From Salegentibacter sp. (GTDB lineage Bacteria; Bacteroidota; Bacteroidia; Flavobacteriales; Flavobacteriaceae), in assembly GCF_036568425.1 (NCBI RefSeq), contig NZ_DATCSO010000101.1, positions 29,624 through 93,623 on the forward strand: a stretch of 64,000 nt of DNA, written 5' to 3'. The position numbers and the translations under genes were made by a program. Position 1 is the stretch's first letter. Each line of letters begins with the position of its first letter. Positions 1 to 8,603 of the stretch are shown here, piece by piece. The notes beneath the pieces are model-generated. The model searched no databases and had not been told where the DNA came from. It worked only from the letters and a program-made list of their open reading frames with translations.

Positions 1-345
1 CCCATCATAAACGTGTTGAAATAATTCAAGAGAATTTAAAACCGATCCCAAAGGGATTGGCATTAAATAGCCTTTTTCATCGGTAATATAATTAATCACA
101 TCTGAAGAAAGCTTAGGTTTAGCGCTCTTTAGATTGAGGTATTGTTCCTCCTGGATTTTAAGAAATTGTTTATTACTAATCCAAGCCTCATAATTATCGA
201 ATGCAACACGAATTCTGCTCCATTGGGCACGTTCTTCTAAAATTTTAAAATATTCTCCATAAAGAATTTGAGTTACCATTTCACTTTCATCTGAAGCTGA
301 ACTGCGAAGCGGTACTATGCTTAGGTGGCAAACTCCGTATTGCAT
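1..345 (-). CDS. NlpC/P60 (C40) family peptidase, N-terminal 115 codons only; gene continues beyond the left window edge
   Basis: Absent from the ORF track. Minus-strand ATG at 345-343, frame open to base 1: MQYGVCHLSIVPLRSSASDESEMVTQILYGEYFKILEERAQWSRIRVAFDNYEAWISNKQF... This SH3-like N-terminus is what I recall for bacteroidete C40 peptidases. The catalytic domain is outside the window, so the family call is tentative. Confidence 0.45.
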   Translation of the reverse strand, partial: MQYGVCHLSIVPLRSSASDESEMVTQILYGEYFKILEERAQWSRIRVAFDNYEAWISNKQFLKIQEEQYLNLKSAKPKLSSDVINYITDEKGYLMPIPLGSVLNSLELFQHVYDG

Positions 346-365
346 CCAATATTTTTTTCTAAATC

Positions 366-1544
366 TTAAGCGTTTCTTTCGATTACCATTGCAGAGGCAC
401 CACCGCCACCGTTACAAATGGCTGCTGCACCAATTTTCGCATTATTCTGCTCCAGGACATTGAGTAATGTAATTAGAATTCTCACACCACTACAACCTAA
501 TGGATGTCCAAGTGAAACGGCTCCACCATTAACATTGGTTTTATCTGCACTTATATCTAAAATTTTCATATTAGCAAGACCTACAACCGCGAAAGCTTCG
601 TTAAATTCAAAATAATCTACGTCATTTTTAGTAATTCCTGCTTTATCAAGGGCTAAAGGTAACGCCTTAGCCGGTGCAGTAGTAAACCATTTTGGTTCCT
701 GTGCAGCATCCGCAAAGGATTTTATTGTAGCCAATACTTTTAACCCTAACTCTTCAGCTTTTTCACGACTCATTAGAATCATTGCTCCAGCACCATCGTT
801 TATGGTAGAAGCGTTTGCAGCAGTTACAGTACCATCTTTACTAAAGGCAGGTCTAAGAGAAGAAATTTTATCCATTCTTACATTCTTAAACTCCTCATCT
901 TCTTTTACTATTACAGGGTCTCCTTTGCGTTGTGGTACTTCTACAGGAACTACTTCATTGTCAAATTTTCCTTCGGCCCATGCTTTTGCTGAGCGCTCGT
1001 AAGATTCTCGAGCGAAATCATCCTGGTCTTCTCTGGAGAAATCATATTCTCTAGCACAAAGGTCACCACAAACTCCCATTGCATTTTGATCGTAGGCATC
1101 TACCAGACCATCGCGTTGCAAACCGTCGATCATAGTAACAGGGCCAAATTTTTGACCTTTGCGCATAGGTACATAATGCGGAATTAAACTCATATTTTCC
1201 ATTCCACCGGCAACAATAATAGAACTATCTCCAAGCATAATAGATTGTGCTGCCTGCATGACAGCTTTCATTCCGCTGGCACATACTTTATTAACAGTAG
1301 TGCAGGGTACGGTATCGGGAATTCCGGCGCCAAGTGCAGCCTGTCTTGCGGGAGCCTGGCCAACATTGGCCTGTACCACATTTCCCATTAGTACTTCTTC
1401 AACCAGCTCTGGCTTAAGCTTAATCTTATCCATAGCACCTTTTATGGCAATAGATCCTAATTTTGTGGCCGGAACCGTAGATAGGCTGCCAAGAAAACTA
1501 CCTATAGGTGTACGTGCGGCACTTACAATAACAACTTCTTTCAT
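366..1544 (-). CDS. Acetyl-CoA C-acetyltransferase (thiolase II)
   Basis: 392 aa with thiolase signatures VNKVCASGMKAV (active-site Cys), GHPLGCSG and CNGGGGASAMVIE. Confidence 0.92.
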   Translation of the reverse strand: MKEVVIVSAARTPIGSFLGSLSTVPATKLGSIAIKGAMDKIKLKPELVEEVLMGNVVQANVGQAPARQAALGAGIPDTVPCTTVNKVCASGMKAVMQAAQSIMLGDSSIIVAGGMENMSLIPHYVPMRKGQKFGPVTMIDGLQRDGLVDAYDQNAMGVCGDLCAREYDFSREDQDDFARESYERSAKAWAEGKFDNEVVPVEVPQRKGDPVIVKEDEEFKNVRMDKISSLRPAFSKDGTVTAANASTINDGAGAMILMSREKAEELGLKVLATIKSFADAAQEPKWFTTAPAKALPLALDKAGITKNDVDYFEFNEAFAVVGLANMKILDISADKTNVNGGAVSLGHPLGCSGVRILITLLNVLEQNNAKIGAAAICNGGGGASAMVIERNA

Positions 1545-1637
1545 ATTTTGTTTTGTTTTTAGTTTTTCCTTCTATGCGAATTTAGTGATTTTAATAGGAA
1601 CTTGACCAACTGCTAAGCATTCACGCCTATTTTTTAG

Positions 1638-1645
1638 TACATTTG
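1638..1645 (+). promoter_or_regulatory. Candidate Bacteroidota sigma-A -7 element TAnnTTTG (TACATTTG)
   Basis: Exact motif match, 18 nt upstream of ATG 1664. The ORF-track TTG start at 1643 is the TTG of this motif. Confidence 0.45.
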
Positions 1646-1663
1646 AACTATAGTACTTTTTGT

Positions 1664-3709
1664 ATGACAAGATTCGTAAATGGCCTTTATAAAAATCAGG
1701 CTTTATTTTACAAAGTATTTTTATTTGCACTTACCGCGATTTTAATTGTGTATCTCTTACCCAAAGGCGGGAAATTTAAATATGAGATTCCTAAAGGTAA
1801 GCCCTGGCAATATGAAAATCTCTATGCTCCCTTCGATTTTGCTATTCTGAAGACTGAAGAGGAGATCAAAGCCGAACGCCAGGAAATCACGCGAAATCAT
1901 ACCCCTTATTTTCAGCTGGATGAGTCCAAATTTCCTGAAATAAAAGAACAGGCTCAGTCAGAAATCGGGCTTATCTTTACTGATAGTATCTTAAATATTC
2001 ATGAGCAACAAATCAGGAATTTTGTAGACGAGAATCTCAATGATTTGTATGAGAATGGTATTTTGCAGGAAAGCAATCGTCTTGATCCAGATCAGCTGGT
2101 ATATCTGCGCCGCGGTAACGAAGCCTTTGAAGTTCCATATAATAGAATTCTAAAGTTAAACCAAGTTAGGGATTTCCTTGCCGGGAAAATCGAAAATTCT
2201 AATCTCACATTTCTAAAAGATGGTCTACTGGAGGTTTTCTTTAATTCAGTAGAACCCAATGTGGAATTTGACAATGAGCTCACGCAGCGGGAACTTGAGA
2301 GCAAACTGAACAATATTTCCTACACCCGCGGAAATGTGGAGCAGGGTAGCCGCGTGATCGCTAAAGGAGAGGTGGTAGAAGGTAATAAGTACGATATTCT
2401 AAGGTCCCTTAGAACCGAATATGAATCCCAGGTATGGACCGGTAGCAATTATGTTTGGGTTTTGGTTGGATACAGTACTCTCGTGGCTCTTGCCTTACTA
2501 ATGCTACTGCTTTTTATAAGAAAGTACAGATATGATATTTTTGAAAATAATGTGAAAGTTACTTTTATTTTCTTCAATATCCTGTTTATGGTTATGCTCA
2601 CCACTTTGGTGGTTAGGTTCAATATAGATTACGTATACGTTGTGCCTCTGGCGGTTCTACCGCTTACCTTAAAGGCTTTCTTCGATTCGCGCCTGGGACT
2701 TTTTACTCATGTGGTAACAGTACTTCTTCTGGGCTTTATAGTCCCCAATAGTTATGAATACATGTTCCTTCAAATTATTGCGGGAATCGTTACCATTCTC
2801 ACGGTTTCTGAATTGTATAAACGAGCAAATTTATTTATCTCGGTTGGAGAGATTACCCTGGTCTATATTATTAGTTATTTTGCTTTTACGATAATTCAGG
2901 AAGGAAGTATTGCAGAAATTGAAGCCGAAGTTTTTCTCACTTTTTTACTGGGTGGCCTGGCAACGCTTTTTGTCCAGCCACTTATTTATATTTATGAAAA
3001 AATCTTCGGTTTGGTTTCTGATATGTCTCTACTGGAACTTTCAGATACCAATTCAAAATTATTGAAAGAAATGGCCGAAAAGGCACCGGGGACTTTTCAT
3101 CATTCCCTCAATGTTGCAAACCTCGCTGAGGCAGCAGCTAATGAAATAGGTGCAAATGCAATGCTTGTGAGGGTTGGGGCACTTTATCACGATATTGGAA
3201 AAATGGATAATCCTACTTATTTTTCTGAAAATCAAACCAGTAATGTGAATACGCACGATGATTTGGATCCGCAAGAGAGTGCCCAGATTATTATTGAACA
3301 TGTGATTAAGGGAATCGAAATTGGCAAGAAGAATAATTTACCAGACCGGGTAATCGACTTTATTAGAACACATCATGGTACCAGTACAGTTTATTTCTTC
3401 TATAAAAAAGCAAAGGAAAAAGACGAAAATGTTCCTACAGATGCTTTTAGTTATCCCGGGCCCATCCCCTTTAGTAAAGAAACTGCAATTTTAATGATGT
3501 GCGATGGGGTAGAAGCAGCCAGTAAGAGCCTTAGAGAACCTACTGCCGGCCTTATAGATAATTTTGTAGAGAAGATTGTAAATAAACAAATGGAAGAAGG
3601 ACAATTTCTAAATGCAAATATCACCTTTAAGGAAATTCAACTTATCAAGAAAATTCTTAAACGAAAACTTAAAAATATATACCATCTAAGGGTGGAATAT
3701 CCTGAATAA
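1664..3709 (+). CDS. 7TM-HD membrane phosphohydrolase (HDIG / PgpH-like)
   Basis: Multi-TM core followed by an HD domain, HHSLNVANLAE...VGALYHDIGK...RTHHGTS. I moved the start from the track TTG 1643 to ATG 1664 (MTRFVNGLYK). Confidence 0.85.
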   Translation: MTRFVNGLYKNQALFYKVFLFALTAILIVYLLPKGGKFKYEIPKGKPWQYENLYAPFDFAILKTEEEIKAERQEITRNHTPYFQLDESKFPEIKEQAQSEIGLIFTDSILNIHEQQIRNFVDENLNDLYENGILQESNRLDPDQLVYLRRGNEAFEVPYNRILKLNQVRDFLAGKIENSNLTFLKDGLLEVFFNSVEPNVEFDNELTQRELESKLNNISYTRGNVEQGSRVIAKGEVVEGNKYDILRSLRTEYESQVWTGSNYVWVLVGYSTLVALALLMLLLFIRKYRYDIFENNVKVTFIFFNILFMVMLTTLVVRFNIDYVYVVPLAVLPLTLKAFFDSRLGLFTHVVTVLLLGFIVPNSYEYMFLQIIAGIVTILTVSELYKRANLFISVGEITLVYIISYFAFTIIQEGSIAEIEAEVFLTFLLGGLATLFVQPLIYIYEKIFGLVSDMSLLELSDTNSKLLKEMAEKAPGTFHHSLNVANLAEAAANEIGANAMLVRVGALYHDIGKMDNPTYFSENQTSNVNTHDDLDPQESAQIIIEHVIKGIEIGKKNNLPDRVIDFIRTHHGTSTVYFFYKKAKEKDENVPTDAFSYPGPIPFSKETAILMMCDGVEAASKSLREPTAGLIDNFVEKIVNKQMEEGQFLNANITFKEIQLIKKILKRKLKNIYHLRVEYPE

Positions 3710-3736
3710 AAAAGGTGCATTTAATGCACCTTTTTT
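3708..3736. terminator. Bidirectional rho-independent terminator between convergent genes
   Basis: AAAAAAGGTGCAT-TTA-ATGCACCTTTTTT. The perfect stem is flanked by A6 and T6. The loop TTA is the stop codon of the minus-strand gene. Confidence 0.75.
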
Positions 3737-4170
3737 ATTTCCATCTTCTTGTCGTTGAAACTGAAGCTGTCTCCGGCTTTTTTGTCTTTCATTTCCTGAT
3801 AAATAGGAGCTTCAGTTGAAATTGAATAAACCTTGCTACCGTCCTTAAGCAGAAGCTCTCCAACCGGTACAGCTACAAAATATAAATCTGTATTTGTTTC
3901 TACTACACTACCAAAATTTACGGTTTCACTGTAATGCTCCAGATCTAAATTAGCCAGTTTTTCTTTCATTTCCTGGGCTTGGCTCAGGTATTTGGCGTAT
4001 TTTTCAAAATCTCCCAGTAACTGACCTTTATTATCCTCGTCGTAATCGGTTTTTACATCATTCGCATCCATGGACTCTTTAATCATATCCATTTCCTTTT
4101 CATATTTTTCAATTCTCCGGTCTACAGCTTCAAGGCTATTGTAGTAAATTTCTTTTTTATTAATCGCCAT
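3721..4170 (-). CDS. Conserved hypothetical protein (coiled-coil N-terminus; C-terminal half loosely GreA/B C-domain-like)
   Basis: 149-aa ORF with a clean start and a terminator. Charged heptad-like N-terminus and beta-rich C-terminus (VNFGSVVETNTDLYFVAVPVGELLL). The domain call is only an impression. Confidence 0.55.
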   Translation of the reverse strand: MAINKKEIYYNSLEAVDRRIEKYEKEMDMIKESMDANDVKTDYDEDNKGQLLGDFEKYAKYLSQAQEMKEKLANLDLEHYSETVNFGSVVETNTDLYFVAVPVGELLLKDGSKVYSISTEAPIYQEMKDKKAGDSFSFNDKKMEIKKVH

Positions 4171-4366
4171 TTTTTACTTTTTTGGTGTTTGTTTAAAATT
4201 AAGTATCGGAATTTCCCTAAAAGAATATTTAGCAAAAATTTAATATCAGAAAACACATCCAATTTAAGTTATATAAGCTTAGTAGCTTAAAATAATTTAA
4301 TATAAGCTAATAGACTAATATTTGCATATTATAAGTTTTTATACTAATATTTTGTATATTTGAATT

Positions 4367-5014
4367 ATGATAGCAGTACTAACAGCAGATCTTATAGATT
4401 CTACACATTATTCGGAACCGCTGATGAGCAGGGTAATGACTGTCTTAAAAGAGGAGTTTATCGATATTGAAAAAACTCAGCCTTCCTCAGACTTTAATAT
4501 CTATAGGGGCGATAGTTTTCAGGGAGTATTAAAAGATCCCGCAGAGGCCCTTGTTGTCATGCTGCAACTTAAAACAGCTATCTTAAGAATCTCTACAACC
4601 AAAAAGGGAAAATTAAGGGAAGCCGATCTTAGAATAGCTATTGGGATTGGGAGCCTGGATTACCGGGGCAATACCATCGAAGAATCGAATGGCCAGGCTT
4701 TTCAATTTTCAGGGAGATCTTTGGATAAAATGAAATATGAGAGCCGTAAAACCCGTTTAAAAACTCCAAATGAGCATATAAACGGGGAGTTTGATGCGAG
4801 TCTTTTTCTTTTCGATGAAATTACCGATAGATGGAGTACAGCTTCTGCGGAGGTCATTTATTTTCTTCTGAAAGGCTTAAAGGAAAAGGAAATTGCCACG
4901 GCATTAGGCATCAGCCAATCGGCAGTGAATCAGCGCAAAAAAGCAGCCGGTTGGGAAGCTGTAAATGCACTTTTAGTACGTTACCATCATATAATTTCCA
5001 AAACCTTTACTTAA
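4367..5014 (+). CDS. SatD-family-like protein: N-terminal nucleotidyl-cyclase-like domain plus C-terminal HTH
   Basis: 215 aa. N-terminus MIAVLTADLIDST and YRGDSFQGV resemble the two metal-Asp motifs of class III cyclases. C-terminus KEKEIATALGISQSAVNQRKKAAGWEAV looks like a sigma-70 region 4 / LuxR-type HTH. Confidence 0.6.
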   Translation: MIAVLTADLIDSTHYSEPLMSRVMTVLKEEFIDIEKTQPSSDFNIYRGDSFQGVLKDPAEALVVMLQLKTAILRISTTKKGKLREADLRIAIGIGSLDYRGNTIEESNGQAFQFSGRSLDKMKYESRKTRLKTPNEHINGEFDASLFLFDEITDRWSTASAEVIYFLLKGLKEKEIATALGISQSAVNQRKKAAGWEAVNALLVRYHHIISKTFT

Positions 5015-5745
5015 TGCACCAGGAAATAATCATTTTACTTCAGCTGTTGCTGGCTCACGTATTGACAGATTTCGTACTACAGCCTACCAGGTTTATTAAA
5101 CATAAGCAAGGCTTAGTTCTGAGATCCTGGTTTTTGTATGTACACGCATTTTTGGCCGGTTTCCTAAGTTTGCTATTTCTCCAGGATCCAGAACTGTGGC
5201 ACATTGCGGTATTTATTGGAGTTACCCATTTTTTCATTGATTACTGGAAGCTTAAGCAGAAAAAAGATAATTTTAAAATTTTTCTTTTCGACCAGTTTCT
5301 TCATTTAGTGGTAATATTTCTGGCCTGGTTATACATTGTAAATGGTTTTGTTGAAATTTTTCCGACCTTACAAAACTTACTCACGAACACCTATTTCCTT
5401 GCGGTATTAATAGGCTATCTTCTAATAATTTTCCCTGCAGGATTTCTTATTGGGAAAGCCACTCAGCGCTGGCAGGAGGAAATAGAAGTAGCTCACAAAA
5501 ATAATAGCCTTGAAGCTGCCGGGCGCTACATAGGTATTTTTGAAAGAATTTTGGTGCTTACCTTTATTCTTACTGATAACTTTTCGGCCATAGGCTTTTT
5601 AATCGCTGCAAAATCGATTCTCCGTTTCAGCGATAAAAGCGAGACAGGCGCCCGTAAACAAACCGAATACGTTCTAATAGGTACTTTAATGAGTTTCGCG
5701 ATAACTATTCTTATAGGCTTGCTAATACGCCAGTTCGCGCTCTAA
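5014..5745 (+). CDS. DUF3307 (SatC-like) polytopic membrane protein
   Basis: The ATG overlaps the upstream stop (TAATG at 5012-5016). MHQEIIILLQLLLAHVLTDFVLQP carries the HxxxDFxxQ motif I associate with DUF3307, followed by several TM helices. The track ORF start at 4831 is an out-of-gene extension inside satD. Confidence 0.65.
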   Translation: MHQEIIILLQLLLAHVLTDFVLQPTRFIKHKQGLVLRSWFLYVHAFLAGFLSLLFLQDPELWHIAVFIGVTHFFIDYWKLKQKKDNFKIFLFDQFLHLVVIFLAWLYIVNGFVEIFPTLQNLLTNTYFLAVLIGYLLIIFPAGFLIGKATQRWQEEIEVAHKNNSLEAAGRYIGIFERILVLTFILTDNFSAIGFLIAAKSILRFSDKSETGARKQTEYVLIGTLMSFAITILIGLLIRQFAL

Positions 5746-6129
5746 TAACTGAATTCTTCCCTGGAGATTCTGTTTTACGATATTCATCATCCGCTTGTTC
5801 AGCGCAGATGAGTTTAAAATATACTTCCGGTATTCTTCAAGGCTAAATTGACCTATAATAATCCCTTTTAAACTATTGCGGAACTTAATGTCTTTATGAA
5901 TTGCATTCTCGATGTAATCGAGCCTCTTCTCCAGATTTAGTTCATAAAACGAATTTTTATGTTTTACGATGTAATTTCTAAAAACTTCCAGGATAAGGTC
6001 TTCCTGGAGTTTAGTAATGGGGCGTAGAGTTTGGTTTTGAAAGCATTCATCCGAACTCATTTTCTCTGAAACTTTAGCCGAAGCAATTTCGGGTCTCATT
6101 TCAACCACTTGTAGATCTCGTAGGTTCAT
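5722..6129 (-). CDS. Hypothetical protein
   Basis: 135-aa ORF. Its 3' end overlaps the convergent DUF3307 gene by 24 nt. I recognised no motif. Confidence 0.5.
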   Translation of the reverse strand: MNLRDLQVVEMRPEIASAKVSEKMSSDECFQNQTLRPITKLQEDLILEVFRNYIVKHKNSFYELNLEKRLDYIENAIHKDIKFRNSLKGIIIGQFSLEEYRKYILNSSALNKRMMNIVKQNLQGRIQLLERELAY

Positions 6130-6309
6130 AACTAATAGAGTTTCTTAAATTTAAGTAATTAAGAGTAGGATTTTTATATAACTTTGAAAGACTTGTAAAC
6201 CACTTATAAACAAGAGCATTTCCGTTAAAATCCTCTTAATCGCCCCAGTGGGGCGCTAACTTCTTTTTATCTTTATTTCTATCCACCCATTAAATTGAAC
6301 TAACTAAAA

Positions 6310-7662
6310 ATGATAATTTCCAAAAATCCTTACAACGGAGAAGAGATCTTCAAAATAAAGGAATTTACTAAAAAAGATATAGATAATGCCCTGGCTAATG
6401 CTGAAGAGAGATTTAATTCCTGGAAATCCATAAGTTTTGGCGAAAGAGCAGAGCTTTTACAAAACCTGGCTAAAGAACTTAAAAGGAATTCCAGGGAGTA
6501 TGCTACAGATATGAGCCTTGAAATGGGGAAACCCATTTCACAGAGTATTGCCGAGATCGAAAAATGCGCCTGGGTTTGTGAGTATTATGCCGAAAATGCC
6601 GAAAACCAGCTGTCAAATGAGGTTATAAAAACAGATGCCTCAGAATCTTATGTAAGTTTTGAACCCCTTGGCGTAATTCTGGCCATAATGCCTTGGAATT
6701 ATCCCTTTTGGCAAGTATTCAGGTTTGCTGCCCCGGCATTAATGGCCGGAAATATTGCTGTTCTCAAACATGCCAGCAATGTGATGAAATCTGCTGCGAA
6801 TATTCAAAAGGCTTTTGAAAGAGCAGGTTTTCCAGGAGGTTGTTTTCAGAATTTATCTATTGGTAGTGATAAAGTAGAAGCTATAATCAGGGACCCGAGA
6901 GTAAAAGCTGTTACCCTTACCGGTAGTAATCCTGCAGGAAGCGCTGTAGCTTCTGTTGCGGGAGAAGAGATCAAAAAAACAGTTTTGGAATTGGGTGGGA
7001 GTAATGCCCTGGTTGTATTTGAGGATGCTAATCTTGAAGAAACGGTAAAAACCTGTGTAATGGCGAGATTTCAAAATACAGGGCAAAGCTGTATTGCCGG
7101 GAAACGTCTTCTGCTCCAAAAAAATATAGCTGAAGATTTCCTGGAAGAATTTACCAGGCAGGTACGGGAACTTAAAAGTGGAGACCCAATGGATGAAGAA
7201 ACTTTTATTGGGGTTCTTGCACGAGAGGATCTGGCCGAAGATATAGAAGAGCAGGTTCAGAAATCATTGGATATGGGGGCAGAGATTATCCTGGGGGGAA
7301 ATCGGGATTCGGCTTATTATGAACCCAGTATTTTAATAAATGTGAAGCCCGGGATGCCCGTTTTTGATGAAGAAACCTTTGGACCGGTAATAGGAGTGAC
7401 AACCTTTAAAGACGAAAACGAAGCTGTAGAGCTGGTTAATCTTTCTAAATTTGGGTTGGGTGTTTCGGTTTTTACCGGTAATCTGGCCCTTGCTAAAAAA
7501 ATAATTCCTCGGTTTGAGGATGGGGCGGTTTTTATTAATGATCTTGTAAAGAGTGATCCTCGTTTACCCTTTGGAGGTACCAAAAGTTCTGGTTATGGAA
7601 GAGAATTATCTGAACACGGAATTAGAGAATTTGTTAATCGTAAAACAGTATATTTTAAATAG
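6310..7662 (+). CDS. NAD(P)-dependent aldehyde dehydrogenase (succinate-semialdehyde dehydrogenase-like)
   Basis: 450 aa with the ALDH catalytic motifs VLELGGSNA (Glu) and FQNTGQSCIAGKR (Cys). Confidence 0.85.
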   Translation: MIISKNPYNGEEIFKIKEFTKKDIDNALANAEERFNSWKSISFGERAELLQNLAKELKRNSREYATDMSLEMGKPISQSIAEIEKCAWVCEYYAENAENQLSNEVIKTDASESYVSFEPLGVILAIMPWNYPFWQVFRFAAPALMAGNIAVLKHASNVMKSAANIQKAFERAGFPGGCFQNLSIGSDKVEAIIRDPRVKAVTLTGSNPAGSAVASVAGEEIKKTVLELGGSNALVVFEDANLEETVKTCVMARFQNTGQSCIAGKRLLLQKNIAEDFLEEFTRQVRELKSGDPMDEETFIGVLAREDLAEDIEEQVQKSLDMGAEIILGGNRDSAYYEPSILINVKPGMPVFDEETFGPVIGVTTFKDENEAVELVNLSKFGLGVSVFTGNLALAKKIIPRFEDGAVFINDLVKSDPRLPFGGTKSSGYGRELSEHGIREFVNRKTVYFK

Positions 7663-7667
7663 AAATT

Positions 7668-8078
7668 ATGGAACAAGAGATAGCTGTAACAGTAGATATA
7701 GTTGCATTTTGCAATTCGAATAATAAAATAAATGTATTATTGATCAAACGAAAAAATGAACCTTTTAAGGGGCAATGGGCCATTCCCGGTGGTTTTGTTG
7801 ATGAAGATGAAGATCTAGAAGATGCCGCTAAACGGGAATTCACTGAAGAAACCGGTATAAAAGTGAAAACTATAGAGCAGGTAAGGGCTTTTGGAGCCCC
7901 AGGACGAGACCCGCGGGGGCGCATCATTTCCATCGCTTTTTTAAGTTGGATAAATTGTGACGAAAATCCTTTAGCCGGAGATGATGCCGCAGAGGCTAAA
8001 TGGTTTACCCTTGACCAGCTTCCTGATCTGGCCTTTGACCATGCCGAAATTATTAATGCAGCTGAGATTTATTTGTAG
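7668..8078 (+). CDS. NUDIX hydrolase
   Basis: Nudix box GGFVDEDEDLEDAAKREFTEETGI. Lies 5 nt downstream of the ALDH stop. Confidence 0.85.
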   Translation: MEQEIAVTVDIVAFCNSNNKINVLLIKRKNEPFKGQWAIPGGFVDEDEDLEDAAKREFTEETGIKVKTIEQVRAFGAPGRDPRGRIISIAFLSWINCDENPLAGDDAAEAKWFTLDQLPDLAFDHAEIINAAEIYL

Positions 8079-8207
8079 TACGAATCCAAAATTAATTGGT
8101 GCTAAAATTTATTTTTCTTTATTTTCCTGAGACATAATATGGAATTTCGTAAAAATGAAAGAAGGTTCTTTCAGTCAGGATTATGTTTTTTACCTTTAAA
8201 ATAAAAA

Positions 8208-8603
8208 ATGAGATTTCATACCAGGAAATGGGTAAAACCTCAGGATTTAAATCCAAATGGAACCCTGTTTGGGGGTAGGGTTTTAGAATGGATCGATGAA
8301 GAATGTGCTCTTTACAGCATCATTCAGTTGGAAAATCCGAGAACAGTAACCAAATATATTAGCGAGATCAATTTTCAAAATTCTGCTCATCAGGGCGATA
8401 TTGTTGAAATAGGAATTGATGTCTTGAAATTTGGGAGTACTTCTTTGAGTTTACGATGCGAGGTTAGGAATAAAATGACCCGCGCAGTTATTATTACCAT
8501 TGAAAAAATAATTATGGTCACTCTTGGTAAAGATGGCAAACCAATGAAACATGGAAAAACAAAGATTGAATTTGTAAAAGACAGGCTTAATCAAAATGAT
8601 TAG
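8208..8603 (+). CDS. Acyl-CoA thioesterase (hotdog fold, YciA-like)
   Basis: 131 aa. NGTLFGGRVLEWIDEE is typical of hotdog thioesterases. Confidence 0.7.
   Translation: MRFHTRKWVKPQDLNPNGTLFGGRVLEWIDEECALYSIIQLENPRTVTKYISEINFQNSAHQGDIVEIGIDVLKFGSTSLSLRCEVRNKMTRAVIITIEKIIMVTLGKDGKPMKHGKTKIEFVKDRLNQND

Noticed and set aside
418-1605. Plus-strand ORFs 418-615, 802-1002 and 1258-1605 in the track
   Set aside because: They lie entirely antisense to the well-supported thiolase gene, have low-complexity Ser/Thr/Ala/Pro-rich translations and no start context. The same reasoning applies to the many other 60-130-aa ORFs nested antisense in long genes, for example 2092-2313, 6853-7119, 19885-20262, 21687-22022, 28719-29528, 45913-46200, 52027-52457 and 60778-61173.
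4831-5013. N-terminal 61 codons of track ORF 4831-5745
   Set aside because: This stretch overlaps the satD-like gene in another frame and translates to non-membrane junk (MEYSFCGGHLFSSERLKGKG...). The hydrophobic DUF3307 protein starts at the TAATG-coupled ATG 5014.
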